Shown here piece after piece: positions 14,849 to 20,000 of a DNA stretch of 20,000 nt. The DNA comes from an uncultured virus (IMG/VR IMGVR_UViG_3300027793_000087) (lineage: Duplodnaviria > Heunggongvirae > Uroviricota > Caudoviricetes): IMG/VR virus record IMGVR_UViG_3300027793_000087. One strand, given 5' to 3'. Positions within the stretch are counted from its first letter, which is position 1; every line of letters starts with the position of its first letter. A model generated the notes under the pieces. It made no database searches. It saw nothing but the letters and a program-made list of their open reading frames with translations, and was not told where the DNA came from. Both the position numbers and the translations under genes were made by a program.

Positions 14849-16176
14849 GCCTTCAGTGCTTCCAGTACCGCCTCCTGCGCGTCAATTTTCCCGTCCAGGA
14901 CGCGTATCACCTGCTCGTCGATCGTCTTCGCCGCAAGCAGGTGGTGAATGATTACCGGCCTCGTCTGGCCCTGGCGGTACACGCGAGCGTTTGCCTGGAT
15001 GTAATTCTCCGAGCTCCAGGGCAGGTCGTACCAGACCACCTGCGCCAAATCGCCAGCGTTGCACTGTAGGTTCAGACCGATGCCGCCCGATTGCGGATGT
15101 GCGACAAGCATTTTAATTTTTCCGTTTCTCCAGTCCTCCATGTTGTTAGAGTTTAATTCTTGCGCGTCAGGAAACGCGGCCAGTATTTTTGCCAGGGCCG
15201 TTTTGTAGTGATAAAAGACTAGCGTTGGGTGCGGATTCTCCTCAACCAAAGACTCCAAATACTCGAGCTTTGTCTTATGGGCCTCAGCGTCACCATCTTC
15301 GGTGTAAAGGGTGCCACTGGTAAATTGTAAAAGCTTGTTGGCCAGCGCGGCGGCAGATGCCGCAGTAACCTCTTTAAGATCAATCTCACTGACCATCTCC
15401 TTTTTAAGTTGTTTGTACTTCGACATCGCCGAGTCGTCTAGCTCGATGTTGTGGTAGAGCTTTGTCAGCTTCGGCAGCTGCAGGTAGTCCTCGGCGCGCA
15501 GGCTGAAGCAGATGTCGGAGATCTTATCCAGTATCTCTTTGTCCATGCCTGGGCGTACTGCCCACTTGTAAACAACGTGCGTGTGTCGGTTTCGTTCGGC
15601 GGCGTACATGTACCTGTCTCGAAACTTTGTAAGCGTCGTTTCCAATCGCTGTCCGAGGTCCAGTATTCCAATTTGCGACCACAGGTCGCCAAGGCCTTGT
15701 GGCGTTGGTGTGCCCGTGCAGATGATTCGGCGCTTAAACTGTTTTAGCACCTTCTTTATCGCCTTGAATCTCTTCGTGCTGGGGTCCTTGAACCGGCTTG
15801 ACTCGTCGATTACCAAATAATCGAACAGCCCATCTGGCCAGTGTTCCACCAGCCAGGGGACGTTGTCCACGTTGATCACGTAGATGTCTGAGTTGCTGTA
15901 GAGCGCGCTCAAACGCTGCGCGGGTGTTCCCATCACGAGCGCCACTCGGAGGTCTGACAGGTGGCTCCACTTTTGGCACTCCTGGGCCCAGACCGACTCC
16001 GCTACTCGTTTTGGGGCAATCACCAAGGTCCTCCCCAAAGAGCTCTCCTTGATGATGGTGAGCGCCGTCACAGTCTTTCCCAGGCCCGGCTCCAGGAAAA
16101 GGCCAACGTGCGGCAGACTTTTTGCCCGGTGTATCAGGCGGTTTTGGTAGTGGTGCAAGTCTGTCTTTGAAAGCAT
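14845..16176 (-). CDS. SNF2-family (SF2) helicase
   Basis: LHHYQ, LEPGLGKT (motif I), LVIAPKRVA, VIDESS (motif II), TGTP, SGGIGLNLQ, QANARVYRQGQ. Confidence 0.93.
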   Translation of the reverse strand: MLSKTDLHHYQNRLIHRAKSLPHVGLFLEPGLGKTVTALTIIKESSLGRTLVIAPKRVAESVWAQECQKWSHLSDLRVALVMGTPAQRLSALYSNSDIYVINVDNVPWLVEHWPDGLFDYLVIDESSRFKDPSTKRFKAIKKVLKQFKRRIICTGTPTPQGLGDLWSQIGILDLGQRLETTLTKFRDRYMYAAERNRHTHVVYKWAVRPGMDKEILDKISDICFSLRAEDYLQLPKLTKLYHNIELDDSAMSKYKQLKKEMVSEIDLKEVTAASAAALANKLLQFTSGTLYTEDGDAEAHKTKLEYLESLVEENPHPTLVFYHYKTALAKILAAFPDAQELNSNNMEDWRNGKIKMLVAHPQSGGIGLNLQCNAGDLAQVVWYDLPWSSENYIQANARVYRQGQTRPVIIHHLLAAKTIDEQVIRVLDGKIDAQEAVLEALKA

Positions 16177-16564
16177 TTAAAACCTCTTTTCGTTTGTCGT
16201 GCAGCCAGTCGGCCACGGCGTACAATTCTTTTTCTGTTACGTCTTGTTTTATTTTGTTTGCAATAAAGGATATGAATACAACGTTGCCTTGCACGTAACC
16301 AAGCTCTGGCACGACCCTGTCCAGAGACGGAGAATTTTCTTCAGGTCCGTGGCCTTTGTCTGGGGTTTCCCACATAAACTCGGTACCAAAGATAGGGCAC
16401 CGTTCGCCCGCTATCAAATCTAAAAACTCGTAAGTAAGATCAAACGGGATGCCGTTAGTCTTGCAGCGACTTTTTATTTTTGAGAGGCTCGTCCGAAGAT
16501 AACCCTCTCTGGTTTTTCTGTAGCTTCGGTACCAATCACGGTGTTGTTTGTTCGACCAGGCCAT
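15734..16564 (-). CDS. HNH-like endonuclease (domain about 16180-16564) with a long C-terminal run-on into the helicase gene
   Basis: GIPFDLT...CPIFG...SPSLDRVVPELGYVQGNVVFISFIANKIK is typical of phage HNH-type nucleases. AT-richer than its neighbours. Confidence 0.7.
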   Translation of the reverse strand: MAWSNKQHRDWYRSYRKTREGYLRTSLSKIKSRCKTNGIPFDLTYEFLDLIAGERCPIFGTEFMWETPDKGHGPEENSPSLDRVVPELGYVQGNVVFISFIANKIKQDVTEKELYAVADWLHDKRKEVLNAFKDRLAPLPKPPDTPGKKSAARWPFPGAGPGKDCDGAHHHQGELFGEDLGDCPKTSSGVGLGPGVPKVEPPVRPPSGARDGNTRAAFERALQQLRHLRDQRGQRPLAGGTLARWAVRLFGNRRVKPVQGPQHEEIQGDKEGAKTV

Positions 16565-16808
16565 CGACGTCTTCCTTAGATCGCAATACGGTTACCGCAA
16601 AGCCCTGACGCTCTAATTCTCGAAACACGTATTGCTGCCTTTTTGACAGCCTTCCCTTTTCCGTTTTTAGCTCTACCAGAAGTATCTTTTTGTTTAGGAA
16701 TACTATTCTGTCCGGCACTCCCGTCACCGTGCTGATCCACTTTAGGCTCAGTCCCCCCAGCTCCTTCACCCTTTTGTTTAGGTAGCTTTCGACTTGCTTT
16801 TCTAGCAT
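16536..16808 (-). CDS. VRR-NUC domain nuclease (Holliday junction resolvase-like)
   Basis: MLEKQVESYL...GGLSLKW...GVPDRIV...VELKTEKGRLSKRQ; typical partner of the SNF2 helicase. Confidence 0.9.
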   Translation of the reverse strand: MLEKQVESYLNKRVKELGGLSLKWISTVTGVPDRIVFLNKKILLVELKTEKGRLSKRQQYVFRELERQGFAVTVLRSKEDVDGLVEQTTP

Positions 16809-17202
16809 TCTTCTCCATCTCCATCCGTATGCCTGTCGTTATCTGCTTTACGATGTGCTCGGTGAGATAGGCGCGAGACTCTTCGCCGATCTCCTCCGCG
16901 GGCTCGCCTATGTGCTCAAAGACGCGGCAGACGCAGTGCGTTGCCTCGTGCGCGATCACGCCGGCCAGGTATGCGGGGTCCTCGTCGACGCACTCCTTCA
17001 GGTCGAATGCCAGGACGATGACCCCCTCCTTGCCGTCGGTAAGATAGTGCGTCTCTGCAATCCCCTCATCAAGAGCGGAGGCCTTCATGGTGATGCCGTG
17101 GTCCTGGAGGATTTTTTGAAACATTTCGTTGGAGAAACATAGCTTGATCTGTGCCGGGAAGTGGCCGCAGTCTACGTGGTAGTAGCCCCAGTTTTTAGGC
17201 AT
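16576..17202 (-). CDS. Hypothetical protein with HExxH zinc-metallopeptidase-like motif
   Basis: LAGVIAHEATHCV followed by EESRAYL. The last ~77 codons overlap the VRR-NUC gene. Confidence 0.6.
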   Translation of the reverse strand: MPKNWGYYHVDCGHFPAQIKLCFSNEMFQKILQDHGITMKASALDEGIAETHYLTDGKEGVIVLAFDLKECVDEDPAYLAGVIAHEATHCVCRVFEHIGEPAEEIGEESRAYLTEHIVKQITTGIRMEMEKNARKASRKLPKQKGEGAGGTEPKVDQHGDGSAGQNSIPKQKDTSGRAKNGKGKAVKKAAIRVSRIRASGLCGNRIAI

Positions 17203-17395
17203 CGGAGATTATCCCGTTAAATTTTTGGTAGTAGCGAGGCTGGATGATCAGTATGCCATCTTCTTTTGTAAACCTTAGGTAGCAGACGCCGTGACTCTCA
17301 ACAATGCCCAAGACATCACTCAGGCACTGATCCGCGGCTTCGGCAGTAGATGACTCCAACAGCTTATCGACCCCTACCATGACTATTTTTGGCAT
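17195..17395 (-). CDS. Hypothetical protein
   Basis: Fills the gap in the operon with short overlaps at both ends. Confidence 0.6.
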   Translation of the reverse strand: MPKIVMVGVDKLLESSTAEAADQCLSDVLGIVESHGVCYLRFTKEDGILIIQPRYYQKFNGIISDA

Positions 17396-17634
17396 TGTTT
17401 TCTTTCTTCTACGTTTCTCATTATTCGCCTCTTCTCGTCATCGTTGGCGTAATACCAGGCCTCTATCTCGTTCAGCGTACGGAAGCAGCCGTGGCAGATC
17501 TTTTTCTCAAAGTCGATCTCGCACACGCTGACGCATGGCGATGTCGGGCAGCCGAATATCACCTCCCAGTTTTTATCAAACTGCTCCTGGTCCTCGATCG
17601 GTCGCTGCCTGGATCCCTTACCTGCCTCGTGCAT
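17383..17634 (-). CDS. DUF1289-like Cys-cluster protein with a short N-terminal GKGSRQRP module
   Basis: SPCVSVCEID...CHGCFRTLNEIEAW...DDEKRRI; SD GGAGG. Confidence 0.75.
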   Translation of the reverse strand: MHEAGKGSRQRPIEDQEQFDKNWEVIFGCPTSPCVSVCEIDFEKKICHGCFRTLNEIEAWYYANDDEKRRIMRNVEERKQCQK

Positions 17635-17737
17635 TTCTGTCCTCCCTGATCCCGATCCAGACGGCCACGGCCATGACCAGGATCATCCAAAGTAAAAACT
17701 CGGCCGGTCCCTCGTAGTAGGCGTGCTTTCCAATCAC
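17618..17737 (-). CDS. Small single-pass membrane peptide, 39 aa (not in ORF track)
   Basis: GTG start in a GTGA overlap, SD GGGAGG; MIGKHAYYEGPAEFLLWMILVMAVAVWIGIREDRNARGR. Confidence 0.55.
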   Translation of the reverse strand: MIGKHAYYEGPAEFLLWMILVMAVAVWIGIREDRNARGR

Positions 17738-17928
17738 ATCCGCCTCCCGCAGTTAAATGACTGTGTCCCGATCCGAAACGACGAGCTGTACTTGCAGTCG
17801 TCCAGGATCCGGCCCTCGGTCACCAGCATCCCGGCCATCACTCCAATAACTAATGCAAAAATCGGGGCCATGGCCTTTGCCCAGTGCCGTCTTACCCACT
17901 TCTTCAGTGCGGTTATTTCCTCGTGCAT
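17734..17928 (-). CDS. Small membrane protein
   Basis: Start reassigned to ATG 17928 (TGATG coupling); TM segment AMAPIFALVIGVMAGMLV, then two Cys. Confidence 0.65.
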   Translation of the reverse strand: MHEEITALKKWVRRHWAKAMAPIFALVIGVMAGMLVTEGRILDDCKYSSSFRIGTQSFNCGRRM

Positions 17929-18137
17929 CACAGTCTCCCGTTCATGGTATCGGCCTTGATGCACTCGGTGATCCAGACGACCTGCATGTTGGTCGCGTTG
18001 GCCACCCAGTACCTCATCATGCCCTCCTCGTTGTCGATGCTGACAATCAGCAGCGTGTCGTTATCCTTGCAGGCCTTGGTGGCCTCGTCCAGCGCCGACA
18101 GCGCGGTCCACTTTCCTATGCGGTGTATTTCTGCCAT
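17928..18137 (-). CDS. Hypothetical protein
   Basis: SD AGGAG before the ATG; coupled to the downstream gene. Confidence 0.7.
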   Translation of the reverse strand: MAEIHRIGKWTALSALDEATKACKDNDTLLIVSIDNEEGMMRYWVANATNMQVVWITECIKADTMNGRL

Positions 18138-18145
18138 GTTGACTC

Positions 18146-18298
18146 CTAAAAGGGTGCCGGCCCGAGCTTGTCGAGCTGTTTCTTTTTGTCTTCCTTCTTG
18201 GCGCGCTGGTAGTACTTGACGACCAGCTTGCGCTCCTCGGGCGTTTTAAACGGCCAGTCCCAGCGCTCCTGGGTCATGCCTGATGGGTGCAATTTCAT
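18146..18298 (-). CDS. Small basic hypothetical protein, 50 aa (not in ORF track)
   Basis: ATGA coupling, SD AAGGAG; MKLHPSGMTQERWDWPFKTPEERKLVVKYYQRAKKEDKKKQLDKLGPAPF. Confidence 0.65.
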   Translation of the reverse strand: MKLHPSGMTQERWDWPFKTPEERKLVVKYYQRAKKEDKKKQLDKLGPAPF

Positions 18299-18537
18299 TT
18301 TTCTCTCCTTCGCATCATCGCACGAGCAATCCAGTCGGCGACTTGAGCTATTTTGTCTGTTTCGCTTCCGGGAATGGTTTCGTGGTTTCTTACTTCTTTC
18401 ATAGATTCCGGGTTTGCTAATAATCCTTGCAAGGCATGCGCAGCAAAATAGTCGTGTAAGGTTATGCCTTTGTTGATGTAGTTGTACTGTTTGTCTGCAT
18501 CATTAGCGAATGGGAATGCGTATTCAGTGCGTGTCAT
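18295..18537 (-). CDS. Common-type phage hypothetical protein (AFP...GxTLxDYFAA family)
   Basis: ATG 18537 after GGAG; YAFP...GITLHDYFAAHALQGLLANP...IARAMM. Confidence 0.75.
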   Translation of the reverse strand: MTRTEYAFPFANDADKQYNYINKGITLHDYFAAHALQGLLANPESMKEVRNHETIPGSETDKIAQVADWIARAMMRRREK

Positions 18538-18745
18538 TGTGTTTCTCCAGTTTAGTGATATACCGATCAAGGTACCAGCGCGCCTTTTTGAGGTCCTCGA
18601 TCGGGCAGTGTGATTTGATCCCGGCGCGCGAGATGTACTTTACCACGTTGCCAAGGTGGTACCCAAGACGTTTGGACTCGATAAAATCAATGGTCTCGAT
18701 CCCTCCGGACTTGTAATGGGGTGGGTGGTTGATGATGTCGCTCAT
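18524..18745 (-). CDS. DUF3310 family protein
   Basis: DIINHPPHYKSGGIETIDFI...GNVVKYISRAGIK...EDLKKARWYL. Confidence 0.9.
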   Translation of the reverse strand: MSDIINHPPHYKSGGIETIDFIESKRLGYHLGNVVKYISRAGIKSHCPIEDLKKARWYLDRYITKLEKHNDTH

Positions 18746-18918
18746 GCCTGCTCCTCAAAGTCGAACCACTCGTAGATCTGTTCCATGACAGCCGATTCGA
18801 TGTGGTGCCGCACGTCGTGCTCGGAGGGGTTGTCGTTGTGCTTGTGCGCTCGGTTCCAGCCGATCTCGGTGCCGTCCTCGACGCACATCAGAAGCACGCT
18901 CTCAAACTTTGGTTTCAT
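18742..18918 (-). CDS. Hypothetical phage protein
   Basis: Start reassigned to ATG 18918 (ATGA overlap with the acpS stop); VEDGTEIGWNRAHKH...IYEWFDF. Confidence 0.7.
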   Translation of the reverse strand: MKPKFESVLLMCVEDGTEIGWNRAHKHNDNPSEHDVRHHIESAVMEQIYEWFDFEEQA

Positions 18919-19301
18919 GTTGCCTTCCTTTCGCATATAACCGTTGCCGTTACGTAGTCGTCGCTGTCGGAGATGGTGACGTGGTGCACCCACTCCAGCG
19001 AGCCCATCTGGATCGTTGCCTTGCCAGACAGTGCCAGGTAGGGCGCGCCGTCGTCGTGGTTGAGTACTTCCACCTGTCGAACATCGAGCTGTGGGATCCT
19101 GGAGGCCTTGACGAATGCCTCCTTTGCCGCGAATCTCCTGGCCAGGTAGTTCACGGCCAGTAGCTTGTCATCCACCATCTCCGCGTAGACCTGCAGCTCT
19201 CGGTGCCCGAGTACCTGGTGCGCCAGGGCCCACCCCATCTTCTTGGACATGTCCGCGATTCTTTTTATCTGCAGTATGTCGGTGCCAATGCCGTGTATCA
19301 A
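18915..19301 (-). CDS. acpS: Holo-[acyl-carrier-protein] synthase (4'-phosphopantetheinyl transferase)
   Basis: IHGIGTDI...RI, LARRFAAKEAFVKA, VEVLN...GAPYL, HVTISD...ATVI; 128 aa, typical AcpS length. Confidence 0.92.
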   Translation of the reverse strand: MIHGIGTDILQIKRIADMSKKMGWALAHQVLGHRELQVYAEMVDDKLLAVNYLARRFAAKEAFVKASRIPQLDVRQVEVLNHDDGAPYLALSGKATIQMGSLEWVHHVTISDSDDYVTATVICERKAT

Positions 19302-20000
19302 AATATCTCCTCCCTGAAATCGCCCAGCGTGTTGACGTACTGCTGCGCGCGCTCGGTGAAGCGTACGCCGCGGTACACGTTGCGCCGCTCGCCGTTGACG
19401 CGGCTGACGGTGCTCTCGATCTGCTTGTCCTGCGTCGCGGCCATGAATCGCCGCTTGAACGTCAGGTCGGTCCCGGGGTTGATGCTCTTGCGGTGTGCCC
19501 AGTGCTTGAACACGGCAAACAGCTCGTCCTTGTCGACCTCTCCGGCAGAGTCCAGGATTAGCACGTCCTCGATGAAGATCTTCAGCGGATTGGACAGCTC
19601 CTCCATCACCTCCAACAGCTCGAGACCGCTCTTGGGCTGCAGGAAGTGACCCCCTCGAGATACGCGGCGGTGCTCGCCCTCCATGGCCCAGTTAAAGATG
19701 CCCGAGAGCTCCTTCATCAGCTTGGTCGCGAGATCCGTATCCTCCCTGCCGTAGAACGAGTGAGTCATCTTCAGGACGATCATGCGGCCCGTGAGCGCGT
19801 TCGAGTTTTCTGTCAGCTGCAGCACCTCGTTGGAGTAGACCACGATACGAGTCGGCAGGTATCCGTTCCATGCCTCCTTGTTCTTGCGGTTTACAGTAAC
19901 AGTGTCACCGCCAACAATACGCAGCAGCTGAGAAACAACAGCATTGCGATTTCGATCGGGCGCACGCGCGTCCGTAAACGATGCAAGTAATTTTCCAAGC
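19298..20000 (-). CDS. P4/D5-type primase-helicase, C-terminal SF3 helicase part (5'-partial)
   Basis: Frame is open to the window edge: LGKLLASFTDAR...LLRIVGGDTVTVNRKNK...IVVYSNE...ALTGRMIVL...ELSGIFNWAMEG, then a winged-helix-like C-terminus. Confidence 0.85.
   Translation of the reverse strand, partial: LGKLLASFTDARAPDRNRNAVVSQLLRIVGGDTVTVNRKNKEAWNGYLPTRIVVYSNEVLQLTENSNALTGRMIVLKMTHSFYGREDTDLATKLMKELSGIFNWAMEGEHRRVSRGGHFLQPKSGLELLEVMEELSNPLKIFIEDVLILDSAGEVDKDELFAVFKHWAHRKSINPGTDLTFKRRFMAATQDKQIESTVSRVNGERRNVYRGVRFTERAQQYVNTLGDFREEIF

Noticed and set aside
15100..15420. AT-richer patches inside genes (also about 1850-2000, 2300-2460, 9180-9420)
   Set aside because: Reading frames and motifs continue through them. 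They may reflect recombinational mosaicism, but I could not quantify this by eye.
17849..17870. Sigma-54 promoter (TGGC...TTGCA) on the - strand
   Set aside because: Spacing is GG-N11-GC here and GG-N9-GC at the 12870 site, not the required N10.

Overview
This window is part of a tailed dsDNA phage genome (podovirus-like, APSE/BPP-1-type replication module), with two convergent blocks. The + strand (1-6041) carries virion/ejection-type genes, including a three-domain protein (ADP-ribosyltransferase-like fold, SAM methyltransferase, small basic domain). The - strand (6000-20000) carries an SF3 primase-helicase (partial), acpS, DUF3310, many small ORFs, VRR-NUC, an HNH-like nuclease, an SNF2 helicase, a sigma-region-4-like protein, a putative small terminase, a DUF2800 nuclease, a DUF2815 SSB, class II RNR (nrdJ) and family A DNA polymerase. 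Three things stand out. (1) An 80-nt RNA gene (13569-13648, -) has both ends of a tmRNA tRNA-like domain but no mRNA-like domain, i.e. a 'mini-tmRNA'. (2) A recurrent hydrophobic/K-x-x-Gly-Gly linker punctuates domain boundaries in four proteins, suggesting polyprotein processing or a packaging signal. (3) Several structured intergenic RNAs are present. All family assignments come from motif recognition by eye; no database search or folding program was run.
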